Assembly: GCA_963779755.1 (NCBI GenBank)
Contig: CAVZZO010000003.1
Location: 768,001-832,000 of the forward strand
Source: an uncultured Gemmatimonadales bacterium
GTDB lineage: Bacteria; Gemmatimonadota; Gemmatimonadetes; Gemmatimonadales; GWC2-71-9
Direction: 5' to 3'
DNA length: 64,000 nucleotides
Of this stretch, positions 30,428 through 41,588 are shown piece by piece. The stretch's first letter is position 1, and every line of letters starts with the position of its first letter. The position numbers and the translations under genes were made by a program. The notes beneath the pieces were generated by a model. It saw nothing but the letters and a program-made list of their open reading frames with translations, was not told the origin of the DNA and searched no databases.

Positions 30428-30435
30428 GGGGATGG

Positions 30436-32499
30436 TCACAGTTTCACCCGCTTGAGAAGTTGCGCGTTGACCGCCACGACGACGGTGCTCGCCGACATCA
30501 GGACCGCACCCACGGCCGGGGTAAGCAGCACACCCCATGCCGCGAGCACGCCGGCGGCGAGGGGAATCGCGACGATGTTGTAGCCCGCCGCCCACCAGAG
30601 ATTCTGCAGCATCTTCCGGTAGGTGGCGCGGGATAGCGCCACGATCCTGGGGATGTCGCGCGGGTCCGACCGCACCAGCACGATATCCCCCGCTTCCACC
30701 GCGACATCCGTACCCGCGCCGATCGCGATCCCGATGTCGGCGGTGGCCAGGGCGGGGGCATCGTTTACCCCATCGCCCACCATCGCCACCTTCTTTCCCT
30801 GCGCCTGCAGCTCCCGCACCTTCGACGCCTTGTCCCCCGGGAGAACCTGGGCGAACACGGTGTCGATGCCCAATTCCGCCGCGACCGCGTCGGCCACCGC
30901 CTGCGCGTCACCGGTGAGCATCGCGACTTCGATACCGCGCTCGTGGAGGGAGCGCACCGCCTCGCGGCTTTCTTCCCGGATGGCGTCGGCCACCGCGAAG
31001 ACCGCCACCGCCCTGCCATCCCGAAGCAGATACACGGCGGCCTGCCCCCGGGCGGCCGCCGCCTCGGCCGCCTCCCGAAGCGCGCCCGGTACCTGCGCCT
31101 CTTCTTCCTTCAGCAGCGCCGGGCCGCCGATGCGATACTCCGCCCCGCCGACCGAAGCGGCAACACCCCTTCCGGGGAGCGCACGGAACCGGTCCGCGGC
31201 AGGCACGTCGAGCTTCCGGCCCTCGGTCGTCTTCACGATTCCCCGCGCGATGGGATGCTCGGACTCCGACTCTACTCCTGCCGCGATGCGGAGCGCCTCC
31301 TCGCCGGACCAACCGTCCGCCACTGCCGTCGCTACCACGCGGAACTCCCCGAGCGTGAGAGTTCCCGTCTTGTCGAAGATCACGGTGTCCAGGTTCCGGG
31401 CTTCCTCCAGTCCACGCCGGTCTCGCACCAGCAGACCGTTCCTGGCGCCCAACGTCGTCGAGATGGCGACCACCAACGGCACCGCCAGCCCAAGTGCGTG
31501 CGGACAGGCGATGACCAGCACGGTCACGGCCCGAACGATGGAGAAATCGATGTTCGCACCCAGCAACTGCCAGACGATGAGGGTGAGAATACCCGCCAGA
31601 ATGGCCACTCCCGTCAGGATCTGCGCCGCGCGGTCAGCCAGCAGTTGCGCTCGCGACCTGGACTTCTGGGCGTCCGCCACGAGTCGCATGATGCCGGACA
31701 GCGCCGTCTTGTCCCCGGTGCCCGTGATCTCCACGCGGATCGAGCCCTCGCCGTTGATGGTCGCGGCGATGACCACGTCGCCCTCCTGCTTCTTCACCGG
31801 CCGCGACTCCCCCGTGAGCATCGACTCGTTCAGGGCGCTCTCCCCCTTGCGCACGACCCCATCCGCCGGGACGCGTTCGCCCGGTCGGACCAGGACGATG
31901 TCGCCCTCGTGCAGCTCGCCGACGCTGACGGTCTGCTCGGTATCCCCCGTGATGCGGGTCGCCGTGTCCGGCAGGAGCTTCGCCAGCTCCTGCAGCGCGC
32001 CCTGGGCCTGCTGGATCGAGCGCATCTCGATCCAGTGGCCGAGCAGCATGATCGTGACCAGGGTCGCCAGCTCCCACCACAGCGCGTTCGCCTCAATGAG
32101 CCCGAGCTGCACCACCCAGGAGAAGGCAAAGGCGACACAGATGGCCAGGGAGATCAGCGTCATCATCCCGGGCAGCCGCGCCCTCAGCTCCCGCCAGGCC
32201 CCCTGCAGGAAGACCAGGCCACCGTAGAGGAAGATGGCCGTCGCGAGCACCGGAGGGATCCACGACGAACCGGAGAACCCGGGTGCCCGGTAGCCCAGCA
32301 GATCCTCGATGTGGGCAGACCAGAATACCACCGGGAGAGTGAGGACGAGCGAGAGCCAGAACTTGTCCCGGAACATCCCGGGACTGTGGCCCGCGTGCCG
32401 GTCGTGGCCCTGGTGGGCCCCGGAACTCTTGCCGGCCCCCTGATGGCCGGGGGGCGGCTCGACTCCGTGGCCGTGATGGTGAGAGGCGGCCATATCCAT
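30436..32499 (-). CDS. copB: Copper-translocating P1B-type ATPase (CopB-like)
   Basis: His-rich N-terminus, TGES, ACPHALGL, DKTGT, SEHP, GDGVNDAP, YN and MSAST motifs. Confidence 0.93.
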   Translation of the reverse strand: MDMAASHHHGHGVEPPPGHQGAGKSSGAHQGHDRHAGHSPGMFRDKFWLSLVLTLPVVFWSAHIEDLLGYRAPGFSGSSWIPPVLATAIFLYGGLVFLQGAWRELRARLPGMMTLISLAICVAFAFSWVVQLGLIEANALWWELATLVTIMLLGHWIEMRSIQQAQGALQELAKLLPDTATRITGDTEQTVSVGELHEGDIVLVRPGERVPADGVVRKGESALNESMLTGESRPVKKQEGDVVIAATINGEGSIRVEITGTGDKTALSGIMRLVADAQKSRSRAQLLADRAAQILTGVAILAGILTLIVWQLLGANIDFSIVRAVTVLVIACPHALGLAVPLVVAISTTLGARNGLLVRDRRGLEEARNLDTVIFDKTGTLTLGEFRVVATAVADGWSGEEALRIAAGVESESEHPIARGIVKTTEGRKLDVPAADRFRALPGRGVAASVGGAEYRIGGPALLKEEEAQVPGALREAAEAAAARGQAAVYLLRDGRAVAVFAVADAIREESREAVRSLHERGIEVAMLTGDAQAVADAVAAELGIDTVFAQVLPGDKASKVRELQAQGKKVAMVGDGVNDAPALATADIGIAIGAGTDVAVEAGDIVLVRSDPRDIPRIVALSRATYRKMLQNLWWAAGYNIVAIPLAAGVLAAWGVLLTPAVGAVLMSASTVVVAVNAQLLKRVKL

Positions 32500-32510
32500 C
32501 GAGGCGCGCC

Positions 32511-33663
32511 TCAGTCCCGGCCGGCCTGGGAGCGCCCCCTCCGGCGCACCACCTGCGGAACCCCCGCCGCCCGGGCCAGCTCCCGGTGGATCTTCGCCAC
32601 CCGCTCCACCTGCCCCTTGGCGGGAAAGCGCTCATAGAAGCCCTCGGCCCGGAACGTTCTGGCCAGTTCGCTCCAGGGCGCCAGCCGCTCGGCCCAGCGG
32701 CGCACCCGGCCCTCCTCGGGATCGGCGTCCGACCGCGGCCAGATCGGCACAGACCCGGATCATCGCCTTCAGCGTGACCGAATTGGTGACGAAATAGTCC
32801 TGGTGGCCCCAGACACTGCCCCAGGCCTGCTGTGCCGCCTTCAGGAAGTCGCGGACCACCCCGTAGAACCGCTCGGCATGGCGCCGGTCGGTCCCCTGCC
32901 GCTCGATCGCCTTCCAGTCGGCGTGGATCCAGCGATGCAGCTCGTTGTACAACTCCGCCTGGAGAATCCATTTCACCTGCCTGCTGCGGCCGCCCAGCCG
33001 GTTGATCCGGTAGCGCAGCGGGCTGTCGCCCGGACCGCTGTAGAGATAGTCCACGATCCGCGCGGCGAATTTCTTGTCGGGCGAGGTCCAGGAGACCTTC
33101 TCGTAGAGGTCCACCAGGTGGCTCTTGTTGATGCGCGTCGGGGTGGAATTGATGATGACGAACATCTCGGTGGCGAAGTTTTCGCTCTTCCCGTCGAAGA
33201 TGATGCAAGGCACATGCATGCTGCGGACGGCATCGGGACGGTCGGCCTGGTAGAACTGCAGCGCCGCCAGCCGGTGCTGGCCGTCGATGATGATGAACTG
33301 GCCCCCGGGCTGGGTGAGCGAGCCGGTGGTGCCGTCGGCCGACATGGGCGTGAACCGCAGCGGTTCGCTGGTGAAGAGCAGGACCGTCCCCGGAATGGGC
33401 GGCTGGCTCTCGGCCGTCTCGTAGAAGTTCTTGATGGCCCGCACCTTGGCCTTGGAAAGCTGGCGCTGGAAGGCCTGGTCCGTCCGTTCGATGCGCGAGA
33501 TGAACGCCGCGATCTCATCGCCCTCGGGCACCGGCTCCGGCGCGATCTGTTCGCCCTCGCCGTAAAACCGGCTGATGAAACGGACCTTCTCCAGCAGATC
33601 GGCAGCGGGATAGGCCACAAAGTAGAAGACGCTGTCCTTCTGCCGGACCTGGGTGGCCATCAT
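32511..33663 (-). CDS. DGQHR-domain protein with a frameshift near 32740
   Basis: FQRQL...IIDGQHRLAAL...MFVIINS; C-terminus (DADPEEGRVRRW...FPAKGQVERV) lies in another frame ending at 32511. Confidence 0.8.
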
Positions 33664-33797
33664 GGGAACGACCTCCTCGGGATGGGGACCCCGCTAGTCT
33701 GGCGGCCTCCAGCGGGGATCGCAAGAGGAGCGGGCAGAGGCAGGCCAGACTGGCGCCGGCGACCGGGGCGGTTCAGTTTCCCCGGAGAAAGGACCGC

Positions 33798-34012
33798 ATG
33801 ACCGAGCCGCCAGTCTCCGGGTTTCTCCGCCGCACGCTCTCTTCCCTCCGGTCCCGCAACTTCCGGCTGTTCTTCCTCGGCCAGACCGTCTCCAACACCG
33901 GCAACTGGCTTACCATGGTGGCGCTGACGCTGCTGGTGCTGCACCGCACCGGGAGCGGCACCGCGATCGGCGTGCTGTCCGCGTGCCAGTTCGGCCCGAT
34001 CCTGCTGCTCTC
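33798..34012 (+). pseudogene. N-terminal fragment of an MFS transporter
   Basis: SLRSRNFRLFFLGQTVSNTGNWLTMVA...GSGTAIG...QFGPILLLS ends at an octamer repeat. Confidence 0.8.
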
Positions 34013-34061
34013 CCTGCCGTCCTGCCGCCTTGCCGCCTTGCCGTCCTGCCGCCTTGCCGCC
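34012..34061 (+). repeat. Octamer tandem repeat (CCTGCCGT / CCTTGCCG type)
   Basis: About 6 units; same family at about 40033-40070. Confidence 0.8.
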
Positions 34062-34093
34062 CACCTTCCGTGCACCAAAGGGAGGCGGACACC

Positions 34094-35497
34094 ATGGCGA
34101 TTGCGACCATCAACCCCGCGACCGGGGAAACGCTGAACACCTTCGATCCGCTGGATGACGCCGGCCTGGAGCGCAAAATCGCGCTCGCCGCGTCCGCCTT
34201 TGCCGACTACCGCCGTACCAGCTTCGCCCGGCGCGCCGGCTGGATGCGCCGGGCCGGCGATATCCTGGAGAACGAAAAGGACCGCTGGGCCCGGATCATG
34301 GTGACCGAGATGGGCAAGCCCATCAGGTCGGCCGTCGCCGAGGCGGAAAAGTGCGCCTGGGTCTGCCGGTACTATGCCGAGCATGCCGAACAGTTCCTGG
34401 CGCCGGAGCCGGTCGAGACCGATGCCGCCGCGAGCGGCATCCGCTACCTGCCTCTGGGGCCGGTCCTGGCGGTAATGCCGTGGAATTTTCCCTTCTGGCA
34501 GGTCTTCCGTTTCGCTGCCCCCGGCCTCATGGCGGGAAACGTGGGGCTGCTGAAGCACGCGTCCAACGTGCCGCAGTGCGCCCTGGGCATCGAAGAGATC
34601 TTCGAGCGCGCGGGATTCCCCGAGGGGGTCTTTCAGGCACTCCTGGTCGGATCGGACCGGGTCGCGGGGATCCTACAGGACCGGAGAATTCGCGCCGCCA
34701 CCCTGACCGGCAGCGTGCCGGCCGGCCGGAGCGTTGCGGGCGAGGCCGGGCGGCAGATCAAGAAGACCGTGCTGGAGCTGGGCGGAAGTGATCCGTTCAT
34801 CGTGATGCCCAGTGCCGACCTCGGCGCCGCCGTCGAGACGGCTGTCCGGGCCCGCATCATCAACAACGGCCAGAGCTGCATCGCCGCCAAGCGGTTCATC
34901 GTGCACGAGCGGGTGGCCGAGGAGTTTACCCGCCGCTTCGTGGCGGGCATGGAGGCCCTGCGGATCGGCGACCCCATGGACCCCGACACGCAGCTCGGCC
35001 CCATGGCCATGGAGCAGACCCGGGCGGACGTGGCCGATCAGGTGGAGCGCTCGGTGCAGGCGGGCGCCCGGCTCCGCTGCGGCGGGACGCCGCTGGACCG
35101 CAAGGGGTTCTTCTACGCCCCGACGGTGCTGTCGGATATCCCTCCGGATGCCCCGGCCGCCCGCGAAGAGATCTTCGGCCCGGTGGCGTCGCTCTTCCGG
35201 GTGAAGAATATCGATGAGGCCATCCGCCTCGCGAACGATTCCGACTTCGGGCTGGGCAGCAGCGCCTGGACCGGCGACCCGGTGGAACGGGACCGGTTCA
35301 TCCACGAGCTGGAGGCGGGGATGACCTTCATCAACAGCATGGTGGCGTCGGACCCGCGGCTCCCCTTCGGCGGGGTGAAGGACTCGGGCTACGGCCGCGA
35401 GCTGGGCGCGCTGGGGATCCGGGAGTTCGTGAATATCAAGAGCGTGTGGGTGGCGGGGGACGGGCAACCGGCGGGAGGGCGAGTCAGGACGGAGTAA
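34094..35497 (+). CDS. gabD: NAD(P)-dependent succinate-semialdehyde dehydrogenase
   Basis: MAIATINPATGE, MPWNFPFWQ, LELGGSD, NGQSCIA, EEIFGP, PFGGVKDSGYGRE. Confidence 0.9.
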   Translation: MAIATINPATGETLNTFDPLDDAGLERKIALAASAFADYRRTSFARRAGWMRRAGDILENEKDRWARIMVTEMGKPIRSAVAEAEKCAWVCRYYAEHAEQFLAPEPVETDAAASGIRYLPLGPVLAVMPWNFPFWQVFRFAAPGLMAGNVGLLKHASNVPQCALGIEEIFERAGFPEGVFQALLVGSDRVAGILQDRRIRAATLTGSVPAGRSVAGEAGRQIKKTVLELGGSDPFIVMPSADLGAAVETAVRARIINNGQSCIAAKRFIVHERVAEEFTRRFVAGMEALRIGDPMDPDTQLGPMAMEQTRADVADQVERSVQAGARLRCGGTPLDRKGFFYAPTVLSDIPPDAPAAREEIFGPVASLFRVKNIDEAIRLANDSDFGLGSSAWTGDPVERDRFIHELEAGMTFINSMVASDPRLPFGGVKDSGYGRELGALGIREFVNIKSVWVAGDGQPAGGRVRTE

Positions 35498-35668
35498 GCG
35501 GGTGCGGGACGCCCGCGCCGCCCGGCGGTCTTGTTGGCCGCAGGCGGGGCGGGCGGACAGGCATGCGAGACGCTGGAGCACGGCGCCGGAGGCGGTTTGT
35601 TCCCTGCGCGAGGGCCCGGGGCGTTGCTGCCCCCGAACGGTCGCGGGAGTGACTCAGGCGCCGGCCGT

Positions 35669-36106
35669 CTATTGCTCGTGGAAGGGGTTCCGGATTCGCA
35701 GGCCGGCAAAGCGGGCGAAATCCCGGTCGCCGGAGAGCAGCTCCGCCACCCCGTGCTCCAGGCAGAGCGCCGCGATATGGGCGTCGTGGATCAGGTTGCC
35801 GGTGACTCCCGACTGCTGCAGCACCGCATCCATGACCTCTGCATGCCGATCCGTTTCCGCCAGCAGCGTCAGCGAGGGGGAGCTCAGAATGTGCTGCAGA
35901 TCTTCCCGGGCGAGTTGAAGCGGGACCGGCGGATGGAACACCCGGGGATGGGTCACCACCCGAAGGAATTCATACACGCAGGGCCAGGGAATGGCCCAGG
36001 CCACCGCCCCCTGGGCCAGGGACCGCAGCAGGTCCCGCGCGCGGCCGTGGTGAGGGCTGGTGAGAATCTCGGCGTACACCAGGACGTTGGTGTCCACCGC
36101 TACCAT
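35669..36106 (-). CDS. vapC: PIN-domain (VapC) toxin
   Basis: VDTNVLVYA...YEFLRVVTHP...GNLIHDAHIAAL...SGDRDF. Confidence 0.92.
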   Translation of the reverse strand: MVAVDTNVLVYAEILTSPHHGRARDLLRSLAQGAVAWAIPWPCVYEFLRVVTHPRVFHPPVPLQLAREDLQHILSSPSLTLLAETDRHAEVMDAVLQQSGVTGNLIHDAHIAALCLEHGVAELLSGDRDFARFAGLRIRNPFHEQ

Positions 36107-36109
36107 GGC

Positions 36110-36343
36110 TCAGCGCCCATCCATCAGGTCGAAGAGCTTGTCCCGGTCGCAGAGGTCTACCCCGGGCTGCTCTTCAGCCGACCAACCCGACAGCGAAAGG
36201 GTGTAGGGGGGGGCCTCCCGCGCGCTCAGGCCCTGCCGGAGCAGCTCGTTGGCCACCGCCTGGATGGAGGTGCCCTCGCGCGCCGCGCGGAGCTTGAGGG
36301 CGCGGAGGACCGCCGGGTCGAGGCGCAGGGTGGTGCGTTTCAT
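36110..36343 (-). CDS. vapB: Ribbon-helix-helix (CopG/VapB-like) antitoxin
   Basis: MKRTTLRLD...LKLRAAREGTSIQAVANELLRQGL. Confidence 0.88.
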   Translation of the reverse strand: MKRTTLRLDPAVLRALKLRAAREGTSIQAVANELLRQGLSAREAPPYTLSLSGWSAEEQPGVDLCDRDKLFDLMDGR

Positions 36344-36405
36344 ACCTGAAAAACTGCCTGGTTGTCATCAAAATGTCAACTATACAGCATCAATATGCTA
36401 CGATC

Positions 36406-36431
36406 CTCAGTCGCCGCGGCTCCATTGAAGC
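36406..36431 (+). CRISPR. Orphan partial CRISPR repeat
   Basis: CTCAGTCGCCGCGGCTCCATTGAAGC matches array repeat positions 11-36 at 24/26 nt. Confidence 0.8.
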
Positions 36432-36463
36432 ATCATCGCCGGTAGGGCTTGCCGGGGGGCCGG

Positions 36464-38446
36464 CTATCGCGTACCGCCCCCCTTCGAGGGCACCACGGTC
36501 AGCGTCAGGGCCGACGGGTAGCGTCGCGAATGGTGCACCCGGTTGTGCGCCGCCAGCCCGCCGGCCTCGTCGTAGTTGTTCCCCCCGGTATTCAGATTGC
36601 GGTCGAACCGGGGGAAATTGCTGCCGGACACCTCGATCCGGATCCGGTGCCCCGGCCCGAAGTAGTTGCTGGTGTTCATCGGCTGGACCGCCACCCGGTA
36701 AGTCTTGCCGGGCTCCATCCAGGCGAGCGGCCGATCGTAGCCGTCGCGGTAGCGCAGCCGCTGGATGGTCTCATCCAGGTTGAAGGCGCGGCCGTCGGGG
36801 TAGACGTCGATCAGCTTGACGGTGATATCGGTGTCCTTGCGGTCGGAGGAGACGTACACGGTGAAGTCCACCGGCCCGCTCACCTCCACCCCCTCGGTGA
36901 GCGGCGGCGTGGTGTACACCAGGATGTCGGGGCGTTGTTCGACCGTGCGCTGGTCCATCGCCCCGCCGGCCAGCCCGGGCTGGCAGCACACGTTCCCGCC
37001 GTGCGAGGGCACCGGGTCCATGGGGTCATAGGTGAGACTGTCGGGGTGGTCGGCGGCAGGCGCCTTCAGGTCCAGCACGCCGTCGCCGTCCAGAGTATTC
37101 GCGTGCCCGCCGCTCGCCAGAAAGTAGGTCGTCCGCTTCGCGCCGGCGGGGGGCCAGGTGTCCGAGGATTGCCACCGGTCGAGCCCCATGGTGTAATAGC
37201 GCACCCTCGGCAGGGTATCGAGCAGGTGGTTGTCAACGCCCTTGAGGAAGTGGTCGAACCACGCATCGGTGAGCGCCTCGTAGTCGTACCGGGCATCGCC
37301 CACCGGGCGTTCTCCCACCACCGTGTTCTCCGTGGCGCGCGTGTAGGAGCAATGCAGGGTGGGGGCGATGATCACGTACTGCTGCGCGCCCATTGCGGGA
37401 TCGGCCGTCCGCCGGACCTGGTTGTATTCCGCGAGGTTCGGGCCGATGGACACGTCATACCACGACATGAAGTAGAGCGCGGGAATATTGATCTTCATGT
37501 CGTCATGCCACAGGCCGCCGCGATACCAGGCGGAATCATTGGGTGTCCGCCGGATCATGGCCCCACCGGTGGCGATGCCGGGCATGGAATCCGCGAAGAT
37601 GCCTCGTGGTCCTCCCACCGACGCGAGCAGGTCCATCTCGGGCAGGTGCCGGAACGCCTTCGCCCAGTCCACCGGCGGCATCTGCGGCGCGAGGTCGTAG
37701 AGCTTCGAGGCGTTGATCAGGTCTTCCTGGGAAGTCCCGGGCGGAAAGGCGGGGCGCACCTGATTCTGCTCCCCGTACAGCCAGTCGATGAAGAGCATCT
37801 GCACCGCGCCGCCGCGATACCAGTTGCCTTGCTCGTAATACGGCCCCACCCGGCCCACCCCGGCACCGAAACCCTGGGGAATCATGGTGGCGAGGCCGGG
37901 CGGGCTCAGGGCCGCAACCCCCGACTGCCATTCCGCGGTGGAGGAGCAGCCGATCAGGCCCACCTTGCCGTTGGACCATGGCCGGGAGGAGATCCAGGCG
38001 ATCTCGTCGTATCCGTCCGTGCGGGGCGGGCCCAGGATGTCGTAGTTGCCCTCGGAGAAGAAGTGCCCGCGCTCGTTCGCCAGGACCAGCGCGTACCCGC
38101 GCCGCACGGTTCTGATGGCACGCGTCATATCCGCGGGCGCCCCGACCCGGACGTCCCACCAGTTCATGTTGTAGGGCGTCCGGATGAAGATCGCAGGCAC
38201 CTTCGCCTCCCCCTTCGGCCGGTAGATGTCGAACTGCATCCGGGCGCCGTCCCGCATCGGGACCATGACCCGGCGGTCCACCACGGCGATCGAGTCCAGC
38301 ACCCGATACAGCGAGTCCCGATAGGTGCGGAGCGAATCGAGGTTCTGCGGCAGGCGCCGCTGGGCACGGGCGGTCGAGGGCGCGGCGGCCGCGAGCAGTC
38401 CCAGCGCCAGAAGCCCGGCCAGCACGGACATGATGCGACGGTGCAT
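36464..38446 (-). CDS. Secreted CocE/NonD family hydrolase
   Basis: GGAGG RBS, signal peptide, [33 protein letters not shown]. Confidence 0.9.
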   Translation of the reverse strand: MHRRIMSVLAGLLALGLLAAAAPSTARAQRRLPQNLDSLRTYRDSLYRVLDSIAVVDRRVMVPMRDGARMQFDIYRPKGEAKVPAIFIRTPYNMNWWDVRVGAPADMTRAIRTVRRGYALVLANERGHFFSEGNYDILGPPRTDGYDEIAWISSRPWSNGKVGLIGCSSTAEWQSGVAALSPPGLATMIPQGFGAGVGRVGPYYEQGNWYRGGAVQMLFIDWLYGEQNQVRPAFPPGTSQEDLINASKLYDLAPQMPPVDWAKAFRHLPEMDLLASVGGPRGIFADSMPGIATGGAMIRRTPNDSAWYRGGLWHDDMKINIPALYFMSWYDVSIGPNLAEYNQVRRTADPAMGAQQYVIIAPTLHCSYTRATENTVVGERPVGDARYDYEALTDAWFDHFLKGVDNHLLDTLPRVRYYTMGLDRWQSSDTWPPAGAKRTTYFLASGGHANTLDGDGVLDLKAPAADHPDSLTYDPMDPVPSHGGNVCCQPGLAGGAMDQRTVEQRPDILVYTTPPLTEGVEVSGPVDFTVYVSSDRKDTDITVKLIDVYPDGRAFNLDETIQRLRYRDGYDRPLAWMEPGKTYRVAVQPMNTSNYFGPGHRIRIEVSGSNFPRFDRNLNTGGNNYDEAGGLAAHNRVHHSRRYPSALTLTVVPSKGGGTR

Positions 38447-38564
38447 GATGATTCGCCTCCGAAACCAGGACATGGACCGATCTTCCCGCCGGAGCATTCC
38501 GGCCCCCCTCGCTAGCATACCCGCCCGGCCCGAAAACGCCAGGCTGGACGTGTCCCGACCCTAG

Positions 38565-40028
38565 CTAGCGGATCGTCACCGCGATGTTCCGCCACTTCCC
38601 CTGCCGGAACCGGCCGATGCTCAGCACGCACCGGGTGAAGTGCCCCGCCAGAATGGCCAGCCAGATCCCCATCGGCTCCAGCCGCCCGGTTTCCCGCAGC
38701 ACGAAGCAGATGCCCAGCGGGATGATGATCTGCGAGACGATCGAGATATAGAGCGGGCTCTTGGTATCGCCGGTGCCCTGGAGGCCGCCGGTATAGGTCA
38801 GCGCCAGGGCGATGAACAGGCCGGAGAGGCTCAGCACGTGCAGCAGCTGCACCCCGAGCTGGATCACGTCCGGCTGGGTCATGCCGAAGATGCCCAGCAG
38901 CTGCCGGGGAATGAGCAGAAAGAGCGCGCCGATCACCAGGGCGGTCCCGAACCCGATCCGGGCGGCGACGTGAACCGCCGCCGCCGAGCGGTCGGGCCTC
39001 CCCGCCCCCAGGTTCTGCCCCGCCACCGCCGCCGCGGCGCCCATGAGGCCGACCGACGTCCAGGTGATGAGCGAGAACAGTTCGGTGTAGGAGATGGCAT
39101 ACGCCGCCTGGGCCGCAGCGCTCTGCGCCAGCGAGCCCACGAACGACAGCAGCAGCACGCCGCCGATGTTCATGGCGATGCCCTGGATGCCGGTGGGCAG
39201 CCCGAAGCGGAACAGGGCGCGGATGATGCCGCGATCCGGACCGCGCGGCCCTTGTCGCGGGAAGCTCACTACCCAGCCGCCGTGAATCAGCCGCCAGAGC
39301 GCGTAGAGGCCGACGCTGCCGGTGGCGATCACCGTCCCCATAGCCGCGCCCCTGGTGCCGAAGGCGGGGATGGGGCCCAGACCCCGGATCAGGATCACGT
39401 TGAGCACGATGTTGAGCCCGGTGACCAGCAGCCCCAGCCGCAGCGGTGTGCGCGCGTCGCCGGCCGAGCGCAGTGCGCCACCCAGCATGAAGAACATCAT
39501 CATGCCGCCGCTGAAGACGAACATGATCCGCAGGTACGGCAGCGCCTGCTGCTGCACCGCCGGGGCGGCGTTCACCAGGTTGAGCAGCGCCGGGGCAAAG
39601 AAGTAGCCTGCCGGGGCGAGAATCCCGAAGGAAAGAAACGCCGCCGTCAGAAAGGCCTGATAGATGGTCCGGTCCACCTTCTCGGCTTCGCCGGCGCCGG
39701 CGAAGCGCGCCACCAGCACACTCATCCCGGTGAAGAGCGAGGAGATGAAGACCACCACCACCAGGAAGATCTGCCAGCTCACCCCGATCGCGGCGTTGCC
39801 GGTGAAGCCCACATAGTGGCCCACCATCACGTGGTCCACCATTCCCTGGAGGCCGCCGATCATGTTCTGCAGCATGGTGGGCCAGGCCAGTTTCCAGACG
39901 GCGGGCAGCAGCGGCCCCTCGATGAGGGAGCGATCGTAGCGCCGTCTGGGCGCCGGCGGCGGCTCCAGCGGCTCCGCCCCCGCGGCCACCGGCGCGGCCG
40001 CACCACGCTGCTGGCCTGGTTCTCTCAC
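38565..40028 (-). CDS. MATE family efflux transporter
   Basis: LAWPTML...VDHVMVG, GDARTPL, GDTKSPL; multiple TM helices; start approximate. Confidence 0.9.
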   Translation of the reverse strand: MREPGQQRGAAAPVAAGAEPLEPPPAPRRRYDRSLIEGPLLPAVWKLAWPTMLQNMIGGLQGMVDHVMVGHYVGFTGNAAIGVSWQIFLVVVVFISSLFTGMSVLVARFAGAGEAEKVDRTIYQAFLTAAFLSFGILAPAGYFFAPALLNLVNAAPAVQQQALPYLRIMFVFSGGMMMFFMLGGALRSAGDARTPLRLGLLVTGLNIVLNVILIRGLGPIPAFGTRGAAMGTVIATGSVGLYALWRLIHGGWVVSFPRQGPRGPDRGIIRALFRFGLPTGIQGIAMNIGGVLLLSFVGSLAQSAAAQAAYAISYTELFSLITWTSVGLMGAAAAVAGQNLGAGRPDRSAAAVHVAARIGFGTALVIGALFLLIPRQLLGIFGMTQPDVIQLGVQLLHVLSLSGLFIALALTYTGGLQGTGDTKSPLYISIVSQIIIPLGICFVLRETGRLEPMGIWLAILAGHFTRCVLSIGRFRQGKWRNIAVTIR

Positions 40029-41539
40029 GGTTCCTGCCGTCCTGCCGTCTTGCCCTCCTGCCGTCCTGCCCAGAACAGCGCCGTCTCCACCGCCCGGGCC
40101 CACTCCGCCCGGCGCCGCGCCCGCTCCTCCGGCGGCATGGCCGGCTCGAAGCGGTCGAATCGCCGCCCGGCCAGGACCGCTTCGATGCTGTCCCAGACAC
40201 CCAGCGCCAGTCCCGCCAGGGCAGCCGCCCCCAGCGCGGTCGTTTCCACCATGTCGGGCCGCTCTACCGGCAGTCCGGCGATATCGGACTGGAACTGCAG
40301 CAGCCAGCCGTTGGCCGCGGCGCCCCCGTCCACCCGCAGCACCGAGATGTCGGCGCCGGCCTCGTGCTCCATGGCCGCGATCAGGTCGGTGCTGCTGAAG
40401 GCCATGGCCTCGAGCGCGGCCCGCACCAGGTGGGCCCGGCCGGCGCCGCGGGTGATCCCGGTGATGGTCCCCCGTGCCTCCGGCTCCCAGTACGGGCTCC
40501 CCAGCCCGACGAACGCCGGCACGAAACTGACTCCCGCGCTATCGGGCACGCTGCGGGCCAGCGCCTCCGTCTCCTCCGCGCGGGCGATGAGGCCCAGCCC
40601 GTCGCGCAGCCATTGCACCGCCGCTCCCGCGATGAAGATGCTCCCTTCCAGCGCGTAAGCCGGCTCGCCCTGCGGGCCGCAGGCCATGGTGGTGATGAGT
40701 CCCCGTTCCGAGGGCGCCCGGCGGCCGCCGGTGTGGGCGAGCAGAAAGGCCCCGGTCCCGTAGGTATTCTTGGCCTGCCCCGGACGCACGCATCCCTGCC
40801 CGAAGAGCGCTGCCTGCTGGTCGCCCGCCAGCCCCGCGATGGGCAGCGGCCGCCCGAACCAGTGCGCCTCGGTTTCGCCCACCACGCCGCTCGAGGCGAC
40901 CACCTGAGGCAACACGCCCTCGGGAATGCCGAAGAGCCGCAGCAGGTCGTCGTCCCAGGCCTGCCGGTCAAGATTGTAGAGGAGTGTACGGGAGGCGTTG
41001 GTGTGGTCGGTGGCGTGCACCTTGCCGCCCGTGAGCCGCGCCACCAGCCAGCTCTCGACCGTGCCGAAGGCCAGCGCCCCCCGCTCCGCCCGGCGGCGGC
41101 GATCCGGATCCTGCAACAGCAGCTCGAGCTTGGTGGCGGAGAAATACGGGTCCAGCACCAGGCCGGTGCGCTCCCGGATGAGAGGCTCGATGCCCTCCTC
41201 CCGCAACTGCTGGCAGCGGCCGGCAGTGCGCCGGTCCTGCCACACGATGGCGGGGGCCACCGGCTCCAGCGTCTGCCGGTCCCACAGCACCACCGTCTCC
41301 CGCTGGTTGGTGATGCCGATGCCGGCCGGCGCCTCGGCCCGCGCCAGCGCCTCCCGCGCGGCCTCGACGGTGACCGCGACGATTTCCTGCGCGTCGTGCT
41401 CCACCCAGCCGGGCCGGGGAAAATGCTGGGTGAATTCCCGGTACCCCCGGGCCCGCACGGTTCCGTCGCGGCCGATCAGCAGCGCCGTACTGCCGGTGGT
41501 TCCCTGGTCGAGGGCGAGGATGGATGACATGGATGACAT
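40025..41539 (-). CDS. glpK: Glycerol kinase
   Basis: [46 protein letters not shown]. Confidence 0.96.
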   Translation of the reverse strand: MSSMSSILALDQGTTGSTALLIGRDGTVRARGYREFTQHFPRPGWVEHDAQEIVAVTVEAAREALARAEAPAGIGITNQRETVVLWDRQTLEPVAPAIVWQDRRTAGRCQQLREEGIEPLIRERTGLVLDPYFSATKLELLLQDPDRRRRAERGALAFGTVESWLVARLTGGKVHATDHTNASRTLLYNLDRQAWDDDLLRLFGIPEGVLPQVVASSGVVGETEAHWFGRPLPIAGLAGDQQAALFGQGCVRPGQAKNTYGTGAFLLAHTGGRRAPSERGLITTMACGPQGEPAYALEGSIFIAGAAVQWLRDGLGLIARAEETEALARSVPDSAGVSFVPAFVGLGSPYWEPEARGTITGITRGAGRAHLVRAALEAMAFSSTDLIAAMEHEAGADISVLRVDGGAAANGWLLQFQSDIAGLPVERPDMVETTALGAAALAGLALGVWDSIEAVLAGRRFDRFEPAMPPEERARRRAEWARAVETALFWAGRQEGKTAGRQEP

Positions 41540-41588
41540 GGAGGAAACAGGAATCAGGAATCGGGTATCAGGGCCGGAAAGGCCTCGC

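Noticed and set aside
41521..41539. MSSMSS duplication at the glpK start
   Set aside because: 9-bp tandem duplication giving two possible starts; no functional implication evident
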